From Eledone cirrhosa (taxonomy: Eukaryota), in assembly GCA_964016885.1 (NCBI GenBank), contig OZ024750.1, forward strand, positions 9,300,001 to 9,364,000: a stretch of DNA of 64,000 bases, given 5' to 3'. A program made the translations under genes and the position numbers. Below are positions 26,731 through 40,919 of this stretch, one piece after another (within the stretch, counting starts at the first letter, position 1; every line of letters begins with the position of its first letter). Below the pieces are notes generated by a model. The model ran no database searches, had not been told where the DNA came from, and saw only the letters and a program-made list of their open reading frames with translations.

Positions 26731-27565
26731 GTAATGTGTGTGCGTGTGTGTTATAGAAGCTTATCTTCTTAATTTTATTGATTTAAAAGTGATGAACAAC
26801 TAAATGAAAATATTTTCAATTCCTTATTTTTGTTTTTAGTTAAATTTGTACACTGAATTGTGATTTTCCAAATCCCTCATCAAGTATTTAGTCTAGATAG
26901 ACTAGCATCTTAGCACTGAATCATTACCCTTTCTACATTTCTAGCTTGTTTTGTCACATTATATTTAGCTTTCTTGTCAGGAATATTTTTATATTTGCCC
27001 TGTATGTAATCCTTGGGTATTAGAACTTGGAATATGTAACGCTATGTACTTAAACAAAAAAAAAAGTAAGGATTTGTTTGAGCAAATATACTTTACGACT
27101 ATGTCTACAGCTCAAGAGAATTTCATTGGAGTTCAATCATTGGCTCTTTTTAGCTGCATCTGATCCTTTTTCTGTGAAGCCTATTTTAAAGCAATGGTGG
27201 GCAATATAGCAATGAGACATTTTTAAAAGTAGTGATAAGAGAGTCAGAGAGAGAGGGGGGTTTGTAAATGATAACAATCAGAGAGAGAGAAGGGGATGGT
27301 TTGTATATGATAAAAGTCAGAGGGTCAGAGAGAGAGAGAGAGAGGGGAAGAAGGGGTGGTTTGTATATGATAAAAGTCAGAGGGTCAGAGAGAGAGAGGG
27401 GGAGAAGGGTGGTTTGTATATGATAAAAGTCAAAGGATCAGAGAGAGAGTCAGTGAGAGAGAGAGAAAGAGAGGGGGGGGGGGTTTGTAAATGTCAAAAA
27501 GGAAAGATGTGTTTGTTTGATCCACTGGATGTTTTGTATAAAGAGAAAATTGTAAAGGAGACAGA

Positions 27566-27660
27566 GGATGTTGTGAAGGGGACGAAGGATGTTGTGAAGG
27601 GGACGAAGGATGTTGTGAAGGGGACGAAGGATGTTGTGAAGGGGACGAAGGATGTTGTGA
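27566..27660. repeat. 21-bp tandem repeat GGATGTTGTGAAGGGGACGAA, about 4.5 copies
   Basis: Directly visible. Confidence 0.95.
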
Positions 27661-27754
27661 ATTAATAAAAAGAAGATATTTGAGAATGAATAAAAAGCAT
27701 CAATTGGTTCTTGAATGAGAAAAGATTGTGCTAGATATTGGTAATAGGAGGTAG

Positions 27755-28680
27755 AGTGGTGGGGTTGCATCTGGTGGTGGTGGTGGTGGTGGGGTTGCAT
27801 CAGGTGGTGGTGGTGGTGGTGGTGGGGTTGCATCTGGTGGTGGGGGGGTGGGGGGGGGGGGGTTGCATCAGGTGGTGGTGGTGGTGGTGGTGGAGGTGGT
27901 ATTGGTTATGTTGGTAACAGTATAACAGTTAGTCATAGTGATGATATTAGTGACAGTGGTGCTAATACTACTGATAGTATTGATAATAATGGTAGGTGTG
28001 GTAGTAGTAGTGGTGGTGGTGGTGGTAGTGGTGGTGGTGGTAATGGTGGTAGTAGTAGAGGTGGTGGTAGTGTGGTGGTGGCAACAGTAGATTTCTTATA
28101 AGGTTTAGTAGTAGTAGTAGTAAGAGGAGGAGGAGAGGTGATGATAGTGATTGTGGTGGCAATGGTAGATTTCTTATAAGGTTTAGTAGTAGTAGTAGAG
28201 GTGGTGACAGTGGTAGAGGTAGTGGTGGTGGTAGTGGAGCTGTTATACATTTGAAGGAAATAGCAAGCCTGGTGGAGGTGGATTAAGATTCTGTGGGGCC
28301 ATGTTGTTGGTATAGTGAAGAATAAAAGGGAGTGTAGGGAGTAATTATTACAGAATTTAGAAGTGACGTCACAGAAATGATGATGATGGTAAGGATGATG
28401 ATGATAGTGACAATTATAATGATGACAATGATGATGACAATGATGATGATGATGATGATGATAGTGACAATAATAATGATGACAATGATGGTGATGATGA
28501 TGATGATGATGACAGTGACAATAATAATGATGATGGTGATGATGATGATGATGACAGTGACAATAATAATGATGACAATGATGATGATGATGATGATGTT
28601 GACAGTGACAATAATAATGATGATGATGGTGGTGATAATGATGATGATGATGGCAATGATGATGATGATGATGATGATAG
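27755..28680. repeat. (GGT)n/(AGT)n and (GAT)n-derived low-complexity arrays
   Basis: Directly visible. Confidence 0.9.
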
Positions 28681-29825
28681 AGGCAATGTTCATAAGATGA
28701 AAAAGGGATGTTGCTGTTAACAAGGCATGTTGCTGTAAAGTTGTGTCAGATGGCTGTGATGAGAATTATAATGATAAGAAAACAAAGAAAAGAAAGAGAT
28801 GGGTGCAAGTGAGAGGTGTACAAAGTTCGGGATTTTTTTATATTGTTTAGAGTGTCATTTTTTCATGTGTGACTATATCTTCTTTCAAAAATGTCCTTTG
28901 TTGTATTAGCTACCATTTCCTCTATTGAAAATTTATTATTCACAATAATGATTTTGATGTGGATTTTATCACGATGGATGCAGGACTTTTAGATATTGTG
29001 AAAGAAAGAGTTTTTTGAGATATTGCATAAGAATTCCTTCATGTAACACAGAGAAACAGGAATTCATTCCCATCAGATATACGATAGAGAGAATTAAGAA
29101 TTTACAAGAAAAGGAAATGGATGGAGGAAGCAGGAGGTTGGAGGTGGTGGGAGATTGGTGGAAGAATTTGTATCACTTTTCAGCAGCACAAGACAAAAAC
29201 AAAAACGAAAGAAAAATATGGCTAATAGCTGAAATGGAATCAACGTAATCACAGTAGTTCCCATGTCAACACATTGATAAGACTCTATATAACCAGCACC
29301 ACAACAATACATTTGTATGACCCATGCTACTTTCTCATTCAAATATTACGGAACTGGGAAGGAATGAAGAGAGGAAATGAAGAATTTTTCACCTTAAATG
29401 CGTTTGTGACTAATTCACCCGAGACCATTTCATTGTCGATTGTATAAAACCTCTCAATTTAAAGATTTTTTATTTTTATATATTTCAATTAGGAAGTCAA
29501 TTGGTAGAATTATAAAAAAAAAAAAATGGCTGACAAATAAATGCTTTGTAGCAATATTCCAGTTCTTTGTGTTCTGAGGTCAACTCTTACTGATATTGAC
29601 TATAGCTTTCATTCCTCCTGGGGCAATAAATATAATATCAGTCAAGTATTGGAATTAAACTTCTCTCTCTCTCTCTCTTCCATACTCCCAAACTTGACTC
29701 TAGGGGCTGTGAAAGATTCTCAGGGTAAGGAATCACAATGCTCCCTTCCTCCTCCAAGAAATAGCAGTAGAATCTCCCTCATATCGCACTACTGACTTGG
29801 AAAAAGAATGAACACATTCATCAAC

Positions 29826-29867
<42 letters not shown>

Positions 29868-30093
29868 AGTTAATGAGATATCGTTTAAGGTAATCCAAGT
29901 AAAAGTTATGATTACTCTGTATCGAGGATAGTTTTAATGTTCGGCATTGTTTGACTGAATATGAACTTTCCTAACTCGGGTGGCCGATTCAAGAAAGTTT
30001 CTAGGTAAGCAGTTCTTGGAGTAATAATAGTAAATGAGTGAAGAATAAACCCTATCGTACAGCTGACCATGTTATTCTTCACTCATTTACTAT
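29868..30093. mobile_element. Fold-back element, family E, between TA runs
   Basis: 22-bp perfect inverted arms 30027-30048 / 30072-30093 running into (TA)n; same layout as families A-C. Confidence 0.55.
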
Positions 30094-30532
30094 ATATATA
30101 TATATATATATATCATCATCATCGTTTAACATCCATTTTACATGCTAGCATGGGTTAGACTATATATATATAAACTTAAGAAAATTTGCAAAGAGAGGAC
30201 AAGACAATCATCAGAAACAAAACCAAACAAAAAACTATTTTTTATGGGGAAACGTTAAAAAAATAATTTTAAAAAAAATAAAAACACAAACAAAAGACAC
30301 AGAACTCCATGGTCATCTGCCATTGAGATGGACTTGGGCAGTTTCAACCCCTAACAGCGATACTGCTGGTCCACCTGGGGTCACAGCATAAGCCAAATGC
30401 TGCCCAGTGGAGTAAGAGGCAAAGAAACAAACATTAATTTATAGAAATTAAGCTAAAAACAATGATTAACCACCTATGTCCAACTTTTGTTTTATTCCTA
30501 TTGTTCGATACACACATATGTATATGTGTGTA

Positions 30533-30740
30533 TGAAGACGTGTGGCTTTGTGGTTAAGGTATTCGGCTTGCAATTGTAAGGACATGAGTTTGATTCCCGG
30601 TGGCCTGTTGTGTCCTTGAGCAAGACACTTTATTTCACATTGCCCCAGTCCACTCAGCTGGCAAAAAAAGAGTTATACCTGTAATTTGAAACACCAGCCT
30701 TGTCACATTCTGTGTCACGCTGATTCTCCCTGAGAACTAA
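30533..30740 (+). mobile_element. CORE-type tRNA SINE (similar to octopus OR-type SINEs)
   Basis: A/B boxes, then TGTCCTTGAGCAAGACACTTTATTTCACATTG.CCCAGTCCACTCAGCTG. Confidence 0.85.
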
Positions 30741-31342
30741 GTTTTGTTTTGTTTCATTTATCATCATTTGCTCTTTGTATTTTTCTAATCCCTTGTACCA
30801 GCTTCAAAAAAAAAATTTATTGGTCTTTTACCAAAACATTTAGTAGATGTAGAAAGCCCACCTGTTCCCTCTATACCTGGCGTAGAGGATATTCTGACCT
30901 AGAGAACAAGATACAACATAGTATAGAATATAGAAGTAATAACAATTTAATGAGGAATAATGTTAGTTTATTGAATATAGACAGCGACTTTATTATTACA
31001 CTCTTAAAATAAATGTTGTTTAAATGTTAATTTATTGACAATTAAAACCTTAGATAAGATATTGTAATTTTGAAATCTAAGCTCATAAATATTTCACTCC
31101 AAGGTTAATTATAGTTAATAGCTCTCTCTCTATATATATATATATAGAGATATAGATATATGATTTTAGTCCAGAATTAGCCGTTGAAACAGCTTGAGCT
31201 CAGCCGTCTGGGTCCTACTCGTTCCTATATATATATATATATAGAGATAGACATACATGTGTGGGTTTGTGTGTATCTATTAAGTGGTGGTGATGATGAT
31301 GATATATATGTGTATGTATGTGTGTGTTGAGTGGTGACAGTA

Positions 31343-31409
<67 letters not shown>

Positions 31410-31779
31410 TTTGTGCAACACTCAAGCTATCTGTGTAAGTCCTATAGTATTCTTAATAAATATATATCTGAAAATATAAAGAAGCTAACAGATTGACAGT
31501 CAGTCTGACATAGAAACAGATAAAGATGGACTGAGAGATAGCAACAAGATTGACAAATGTATAAATAAATAGATAATTCAATCAGGCATATAAATAGATT
31601 CTGTGTATAGCTTAGCTTGTGATAAAAAGGAAGAAAACTAAGCAGATGTAGTTAGATATTTTTATAGATTAGTTGCTGTGTGATGGCTGAAATTCTTAGG
31701 TGGATAGATCACATCAGTAGGCTAATGTATACAGAACAATATAAAAGGTTGGTGTGCATGAATGACAAGGTATGGATAA

Positions 31780-32250
31780 ACTGAGAGACTGCACAGGTAT
31801 GGACATGTGATGTATATGGACATGTCATGAATGGTGGTTTATAAAAGTACCAGGAGTTGCCACTAGAAGGAAACTGTGGTAGAAGAAGACCAAGAAAAGT
31901 CTGGGCAGAGGTGGTGAGGGCTGAGCTGATCTCAAACACAGGTCTGGACATGTGATGCTTATAGATGATAAATGTTGCTTTAAAAAAGTGCTACGAGATG
32001 CCACTAGAAGGAAGCTGCAATAGAGAAGACCAAGAAAAATCTGGGTCGATGTGTGCAGTTAGAACTGATCTGATCCCAAACTCAGGTATGGACATGTGAT
32101 GTATATGGACATGTGATGAATGGTGGTTTTAAAAAGTGCTAGGCGATGCCACTAGAAGGAAGCTAGAGTAGAGTAAAACCAAGAAAAATTTGGGCAGAGG
32201 TGGCTGGCGGTGATCTGATCTCAAACTCATGTATAGACATGTAATGCATA
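31780..32250 (+). repeat. Tandem triplication (about 145-bp unit) of a decayed RTE 3' ORF fragment
   Basis: Three units starting CAGGT.TGGACATGTGATG, each containing CCACTAGAAGGAA...ACCAAGAAAA (YGHVM...RPRK.W). Confidence 0.8.
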
Positions 32251-33927
32251 GACAACAACAATAACAACAATAACATAAAGAGTGAAATACAATCTAGACT
32301 AAAAATTGCTCATCATAAGTCCACTCAAGTAGGACTGACCAGGGGCTAAACAACAGCAACAACATGAGTGAAATTCAATCTAGACTAAAACTTCCAACAT
32401 ATATAATTAAAGGGTTCAGTTGCTATAACATGTAACTTGATACAGTCATCATCATCATCATCATCGTGAACAATACAATATATTGTTTGTTTTATTTTTA
32501 TCATAAAATTTGAATTCCTGTGGTTTAAACCATTTGTCTGCCAATTCTGACACTAAAAATAGACCATTATATAAAACAAAAAGATTTATATTTTAAATAA
32601 AATTCTAAACATCCAGAAATAGAACAGTTAAAATAATCTATGGAAGAAATACAAATTAATTAAAATGTTTATATCTTAAAGAAAAAATAATAATAAATAA
32701 ATAGAAAATAAAAAAAAATAAAATATAACTAAATAAAAAATAAGAGAGCTGCTAAAGTAGGGAATAAAAACAACATATTTTCATGTAATAAAACTTCTAT
32801 CACATTTCAAGTACAATTTCATTACATTTAATTTTCTTATTTAAGTAGGAGGATAAAAATCTTCATCTGTTCTCCTTGTTTGTCATTTCTTTTCTCTTCT
32901 TCTTTTCATTCTTGTAGCTTTAATACTATACAGTAAATTGTAATGACAAACAACTTCTGTAGAACAGAGAACTGCCATAAATAAAAGAGAGGAAAGAAAA
33001 TCAAACATTTTATGGTACTAATCATTGAACCTGGAAATGTAATTTCAAAGTGTTTAAGTCAATGCTGTTAGTTATTGAATAGCCTTCTTCAGTAATTAAG
33101 TTATTAATTAGGTTGAAGTATCTGATTTTGATTTGATCTTAAGAAAATTACAAATTGCTAGGCTTTAATTTTGGTTTTGGTTTAGAAAAGCAAAAATTTC
33201 GTTAGGGTGTCTTGTAGATTTTTTTTTTTTTTAATAATGGAATTTTTTTTAATTTTTATCTTTTTGTGGGCTGTTTATTTTTTACCTGTGTGATACAATT
33301 CAGAATATTTTATGAAATTATTCCCTATGCATGAGAGAAAATTATGATGGTGTGGACATATGATGTGTATGAAATATGACAGTTGTATGAAGAAGGGCAG
33401 AGAAATCTCAGTGGAGAGAACTCATTGAAGAGATAGAACTAGGAAGACATGATGAAATAGTGAAGACCAGCCTTAGGAAGATGAATCTCAGGACAAAGAT
33501 GACAAAGGGCCACAAGAATTGGTTGGCATCATGTGACACTGGAGAAGACTTGACTACCATTATAAAAATGTGACCTGACCAGTTTATGCTCCTTCCCCAT
33601 TCCATGAAGCAGGATAGAGGGTTTGATCAAATCTTGGTGTTAGATCTTAGATATATGTATATCATCATCATTATTAAATGTGGTTGGTGTTAGGAAGGGC
33701 ATCCAGCTGTAAGATATCCCAACCAAAATACAGTTTTGTTTGAGCAAGATACAGCGTGGCCAACTGGCCAGACTTATATCATAATATGGACGACCCGTCT
33801 AATCCATGCATCTATGGAAAAATAGACATTAAATGATGATCATGAAACATCATACATACATACATTTATAACTAGCTGTTAAAATGGTAAGAGCTCAGCC
33901 ATTGGGCCCTGACTCTCTATATATATG

Positions 33928-33958
<31 letters not shown>

Positions 33959-33983
33959 GTATATATATATGTATATATATATG

Positions 33984-34048
<65 letters not shown>

Positions 34049-34060
34049 GTATATATACGT

Positions 34061-34410
34061 ATCATCATCATCATTTAACGTCTGCTTTTCCTTGCTTGCA
34101 AGGGCGGGGTGGGTCCTTTTCAGCGCAACATCTCTCCATTTGTCACAGTCCCTCGTCATCTCCTCTGTGAGCTTCAGCAATCTGAGGTCAGCTCTCACCA
34201 CCTCCACCCATGTTTTTCGAGGTCTTCCTCTACTATGTCTTCCTTCCACCAGGATTTCTTGGCACTTCTTCACCCAGCGGTCATCTTCCATGCGCATTAC
34301 ATGGCCATACCAACGCAGTCTTCTCTCCTGCACACTGCAGCTTATCCCTCTTATACACAGTTTCACTCTCAACTTGTCTATGCTTGGTCATTCACACACA
34401 TTGACATTGT
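34061..34410 (-). mobile_element. RTE LINE 3' fragment
   Basis: Translates to [23 protein letters not shown]...GRPRKTW...; (GAT)n tail. Confidence 0.92.
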
Positions 34411-35635
34411 ACACCAGCATACACACCAACACACACACACCAACACACACACACCAACACAGACACCAACACAGACCAACACACAGACCAACACACAGAC
34501 CAACACACACACCAACACACACACCAACACACACCAACACACACACACTAACACACACACCAACACACACACACCAACACACACACACCAACACACAGAC
34601 CAACACACACACACACACCAACACATACAGTAACACACACACTAACACACAAACACCAACACACACACACACACACACCACAGAAATGTATATTTGATGT
34701 CAGTTATTCACTTGTTAACTATACAAGTAGGTTGTGTTGATGTTATTTTATCAAATCAGCCTTGTCAACTACTTATTATTTCCAATAGAGTAATCACTAT
34801 CAGAGATAATTCTTTATTCTATTTTATTCTATTTTACCCTCTATTTTTGGTGTTCCTATTTTTTTTTTTACTATTTTGGTTCTCTCTTTCGTTTTTTTTC
34901 ATTTATTTTCACTTTTATTTGATTCATATTTTTTTTTATATTTTTCACGATTCATTTTATATATATATGTGTGTGTGTTAGGTAATTCTGAAGAAAAAAA
35001 ATATATATATAATATATAATATAAATATATATATATATTATATATATAATATTATATATATTATATATATAATATTATATATATATAATATAAATATATA
35101 TATATATATAATATATATATATAATATATATACACTATATATATAATATATATAGCACGTTATTTTTGTTTTCTTAATTTATAACCAAATACCAATAAAT
35201 TTGAAGGATTCTGCCAAATATAACCACCTAGAAGAATTAGAGGGGTAGGTAGGTGAGGGTGTAGGGGGGGGGGGGGGGTTAATAAAAAATAAAACAAAAA
35301 TAAATAAATACAAGTTAAAAATAGTTTTAAAACATACAAAATAACAAGACTAGAAAATCTTAACCAGTTTCGTTTGTGAAAAAAAAAATATAATTTAAAA
35401 AAAAAAAAAATAACAAAAAAATAATAAAAATAAAAAGAGAACATGGTGGAACGAAATAAAGGTACCACCTGAGACTGGTAATATTGATTTTTCAGTCTTG
35501 TGTTTATAATCTAAAACTGTAGGTAAGGTGGTGGGGGAGAGGGTGGAGAGGTAAATGATAATGATGGCAAAAGATATCTTCTAGTCTGTCTCTTTCAGAT
35601 GACAACTTATATGTTTTACACACATACATATATAT

Positions 35636-35666
<31 letters not shown>

Positions 35667-35744
35667 CGCACATATATATATACGCACATGTATATATATA
35701 TATGTGTGTATATATATGTGTGCTTGTATATGTGTCTGTGTATG

Positions 35745-35783
<39 letters not shown>

Positions 35784-36079
35784 ATATATAATGGTACCTT
35801 GGGAAAATGAATGTATAAAAGATGATGATGATTCCAGTATACATAGATGTGTGTGTATATATATGTATATGTGTGTGTGTGTGTGTATTTATGTATGTAT
35901 ATACAAACATATACCACCATCTACATGTGAAAAAGTAACCGAAAACAAAATAAAAGCAAAACAAACTTTTTTCAATCTCCCTCTCTATCTTTCTCCCTCT
36001 TGATTTCTTTCTTTCTTACTATAATATATACAAACTTTAAACATGGTATATATGTATATATATATATTATATATATATA

Positions 36080-37429
36080 GGCTGCCCATGGGAACTCCTA
36101 TACTCAGACGACCTGACACTCATAGCGGAATCAATGGCCGAGCTAGAGAAGAAATTCCAAACATGGAAGCACGGCCTAGAGTCAAAAGGACTTAAAATTA
36201 ACCTGGCTAAGACCAAAGTTCTAGTTTGTAGGAAAGAAAACAAGGCGGCGGTCCCTTCTGGGAAATGGTCGTGCTCGGTGTGTAGGAAAGGCGTAGGTAG
36301 AAACTCCATTTTGTGTCCTAAATGCAAAGTATGGGTGCATAAAAGATGTAGTGGGATCACAGGTAAGCTAACTAAGAACATAGATTTTACATGTGGCCGG
36401 TGTTCTGGTGCAATAAGTAGCAGCAAGTGCCCACACAATACTAGCTCTTTCAATTGCGCAGAGGGTTCTATAGAAATAGTGGACAGCTTCCGTTACCTGG
36501 GCGATAAAATCAGCAGTGGGGGAGGGTGCTCTGAAAGTACTGTAGCTAGAGTCAGAACTGGTTGGAAAAAGTTCAGAGAGCTTATACCACTATTAGCTGC
36601 TAAAGGGTTCTCCCTAAAAATGAAAGGCAGGTTGTACGATGCCTGCATACGAACAGCAATGTTGCATGGCAGTGAGACCTGGGCATTGTGTGCAGAGGAT
36701 ATACGCAGACTAGAGAGGAACGAAGCTTGCATGCTCCGCTGGATGTGTAACAGTAATATACGTGAACGGCAAAGCATAAACGAACTAAGGAAAAAAATTA
36801 GAGATAAGAGGGATCAGATGTTGTTTACTCGAGAGAAGGCTACGTTGGTATGGACACGTGATGCGCATGAAAGTCGATAGCTGTATAACAAAGTGCAGGG
36901 CAATAAAGATAGACGGTAGCCACGGAATAGGCAGACCTAGAAAAACCTGGGACGAGCTGATAAACTCCGACCTCACACACTTACACCTCTCCAAGACAAT
37001 GTCACTGGACCGAGACCTTTGGCGGTACTCAGTAACAGAGAAGACCCGCCTTGCCAGTAGGCATCTCTAACAAAATACACCCCGTCCCACCACCACCACC
37101 CCCACCCCATCCACACCACCCCGTCCTATGTAAAGTTATGTTGGTGCCGCGCCATCCGGGCCGAAACAAATGAGATCGTGTAGGTGTCACGACAAAAAAA
37201 CACACAGTCCACGCTGTAATGTGGCCGTGTAGGCAACACGGTAAAAACCTCCCAGACCCACACTGTAAATGTGGTTGGTGTTAGGAAGGGCATCCAACTG
37301 TAGAAAACCTGCCAGACAGTCCTATGCGAGCAAGACAATCACTCTTGCCTCAAGTGGGACTACCCCCGTCCAAACCCATGCAAGCGTGGAACACGGACGT
37401 TAAACGTTGATGATGATGATGATGATGAT
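36080..37429 (+). mobile_element. 5'-truncated RTE-clade LINE: RT C-terminal half with an inserted PHD finger, one frameshift, and 3' UTR
   Basis: LLYSDD (catalytic motif at 36101-36112), GLKINLAKTKV, C4HC3 finger 36272-36403, FRYLG, HGSETW; frameshift in A7 at 36791-36797; [19 protein letters not shown]; stop at 37070; (GAT)n tail. Flanked by (TA)n. Confidence 0.95.
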
Positions 37430-37551
37430 ATATATATATATATATATATATTATAGGTACAGGCATGTCTGTGTGGTTAAGGCATTTTCTTTTCAACCAT
37501 GTCATTTCATGTTCACTCCCTCTGTGACCCAGCCCCCTAAACCAATATATA

Positions 37552-37583
<32 letters not shown>

Positions 37584-37726
37584 CATGCCATGTTACCTGT
37601 AAACTCATTGGTCAAGTTTAAATTGATTCTATGGTTTATATACACACACATGTTCAATACACTGAACACTTATATATATATATATCATTATCTATAAAAT
37701 ATATATATAAATGCATATATATATAA

Positions 37727-37844
<118 letters not shown>

Positions 37845-37874
37845 GTATATATATATATATAAATGCATATATAA

Positions 37875-37906
<32 letters not shown>

Positions 37907-37909
<3 letters not shown>

Positions 37910-38107
37910 TCCACACTGTAATGTGGCCATGTAGGTAACACGGTAAAAACCTCCCAGCCCCACACTGTAAATGTGGTTGGTGTTAGGAAGGGCATCCAGC
38001 CGTAGAAAGCCTGCCAGACAGTCCTATGCGAGCAAGACAACCACTCTTGCCTCAAGTGGGAAAACTCCCGTCCAAACCCATGCAAGCGTGTAAGATGGAC
38101 GTTAAAC

Positions 38108-38148
<41 letters not shown>
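37907..38148 (+). mobile_element. 3' UTR-only copy of the same RTE family
   Basis: Near-identical to 37205-37429. Confidence 0.85.
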
Positions 38149-38179
<31 letters not shown>

Positions 38180-38859
38180 TATAATATATATATATATAAT
38201 ATATATATATATATAAATGCATATATATATAGAGAGATATATATAAATATATAGATATATAAATGCATATATATATATATATATATAGATATATAAATGC
38301 ATATATATATATATTATAAAAGGTATATACATATTATGCATATATATATATATATATAGATATATAAATGCATATATATATATATATTATAAAAGGTATA
38401 TACATATTATGCATATATATATATATATATATATATAAATGCATATATATATATATTATAAAAGGTATATACATATTATGCATATATATATATATATATA
38501 TATATATAAATGCATATATATATATATTATAAAAGGTATATACATATTATGAAACATCTTCAATCCTGAAATTCAGTCAAGTGTGACTTCCGCTCTAAAA
38601 GAAGCCCCAATATTTTTTCTACATAAAAAATAAATAAAATTAATTATTGTAATATGATTGCACTAAGTATATCTCCATGGTGATAGAGATAGTTATTTTG
38701 TGAAGATATAATATTGATTTTCTACTTTGTTCCAAGGCCATAAGGAAATGTATCATATTAATATATCACATACATACAACAACAACAATATCAACAGCAA
38801 TTGTGGGCCAACAAGGTAGCTTGTAGTTTATCATTCGTTTTGTTAGAAATAATAATAAT

Positions 38860-38995
38860 AATTGTTGTTTCTACTTTTGGCACAAGGCCAGCAATTATCC
38901 CAGTGTATTACTGGCACTTTATTTTATCGACCCTGTAAGGATGTAAAGCAAAGCTAACCTTGGCCGAAGTTGAACTCAGGGCTGTAACTCTATGC
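38860..38995 (-). mobile_element. SINE family S1 (5'-truncated)
   Basis: Tail, core and B-box present. Confidence 0.8.
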
Positions 38996-39260
38996 CGCTA
39001 TGCACATAATGGAATTATTGTGTACAGTGCTCAGGTGCACTACAGCTCATCAAAGGTGCATGTATAGTACATAGAATAATGTACAAATGTCAGGAAAATG
39101 AGCAGCAATGAATTCTCGCTAAACCATAGCTTTAATGTCTTTAGAAAGAATATAGTCCTTGTTTACCTCTAAAATGATAGGTGACACATCCTGGAATGAT
39201 GTGTCACCATATCTCATATCTTTTTTGTGATTTAATTGTTCAATAACAGATGCATATATG

Positions 39261-39957
39261 CATCATCATCATCATCACGACCACCATCATCACCATCACC
39301 ATCACCATCATCACCATCATCATTATCACCGTCACCATCATCACCATCATCATAACCATCATCACCATCATCATTATCATCGCCACCATCATCGCCATCA
39401 TCACCATCATCATCATCATCATCATCGCCACCATCATCACCGTCACCATCATCACCACCATCATCATCACCATCATCATTATCATCATCATCGCCGCCAT
39501 CACCATCATCATCATCATCATCATCATCATTGCCACCATCATCACCGTCACCATCACCATCATCACCATCATCGTCATCATCATCGCCACCACCATCACT
39601 ATTATCATCATCACCATCATCACCACCACCACCATCACCACCATCATCACCATCATCACCATCGCCACCATCACCACCGTCACCACCATCATGACCATCA
39701 TCACCACCACCATCATCACCACCACCACCACCACCACCACCATCATCACCATCATCACCATCGCCACCATCACCACCGTCACCACCATCATGACCATCAT
39801 GACCACCATCATCACCACCACCACCACCACCACCACCACCATCATCACCATCATCACCATCGCCACCATCATCACCGTCACCATCATGACCACCACCATG
39901 ACCATCATCACCACCACCATCATCACCATCATCACCATCATCATCATCATCATCATT
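39261..39957. repeat. (CAT)n/(CAC)n array
   Basis: Directly visible. It abuts an RTE-type terminus (TTTAACATCTCTTTTCCCTTGC), so it is probably an expanded tail. Confidence 0.95.
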
Positions 39958-40085
39958 TAACATCTCTTTTCCCTTGCTAACAAAGGTTCAATGAGCTGAG
40001 CCATTGTCAGTAATGAAGTGGGGTTACTGATATCTCAGACAGGACCCACTACAAACATACAAACATACATACATAGAAAAACCAC

Positions 40086-40124
<39 letters not shown>

Positions 40125-40459
40125 TGACTACTACTACTACAATGATATTAATTTCCTACAATTGTATACAACTGCATTTAGATAAATCTATTATATATAA
40201 ATCAAATAATGGTAATTTATATAAACTAATTGTCTGATATATTGAAATATTCTTAATCAATATAAATATATTTAATCTTAGACAATGAAAATAAAAAAGT
40301 AGAATACACTTCCTTATCTATATTCTTAAGAAACATTTCTACTAAAGAAGTGTGGAAGTAGCTGTTTTTTTATTATAAATCAGTTGAAGTGATCAAATAT
40401 AGAAGAAAATAAAATATAGAAATTTTAATACAAAGAATGGTGTTCTCATGAGCAGAGAT

Positions 40460-40665
40460 GGTGTGGTAAGAAACCAGGTGGACCATAATGCACCAGAGTA
40501 CTTGATATTTGGGGTAGTAGAGTGGGTAATATGAAAAAATTCAGGACCCTGAGGACTGAGCTCCAGCCGTTTAGACAGCTAGATCCGAACTAAGCCACTG
40601 TGGCTTAGTTCAGATCTAGCTGTTGAAATGGCTGGAGCTCAGCCATCGGGTCCCAAATTCTTCAT
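40460..40665. mobile_element. Fold-back element, family C
   Basis: Imperfect palindrome centred on 40599 (TAAGCCAC-T-GTGGCTTA); the short arm ends in (TA)n. Confidence 0.75.
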
Positions 40666-40682
40666 ATATATATATATATATA

Positions 40683-40767
40683 GGTCTGATGAGCCATTGG
40701 TTACAGAGTCGGGCTAAATCGATACAGATCGAACCTTGAGCTGATCAATAGTGAAATGCGCATCACC
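40683..40767 (+). ncRNA. Type-I hammerhead with intact core and long stem II, in a 135-bp insert between (TA)n runs
   Basis: GGT-CTGATGA-GCCATTGG...TCAATAGT-GAAA-TGCGCA-TC-ACC. Stem I GGT/ACC; palindromic TGCGCA; predicted cleavage after AUC at 40764. Confidence 0.8.
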
Positions 40768-40919
40768 AGCCAATAAACTTAATGAAGGAGTAACCATTCA
40801 TCCTTGTTTTATTTTATATATATATATAGCTTACAACGTAAAGTGAAGATCCTTAAAGATGGAAGTGGGGGGTTGACATAACGGCCGATGGTAACTTCTT
40901 TTTCCAGCTTTAACCCTTT

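Noticed and set aside
27414-27665. ORF with DVVKGTK repeats
   Set aside because: Near-identical 21-bp units without synonymous variation; no supporting exon structure.
28815-29460. Possible decayed DNA-transposon/transposase remnant
   Set aside because: No convincing TIR pair or DDE motif visible by eye.
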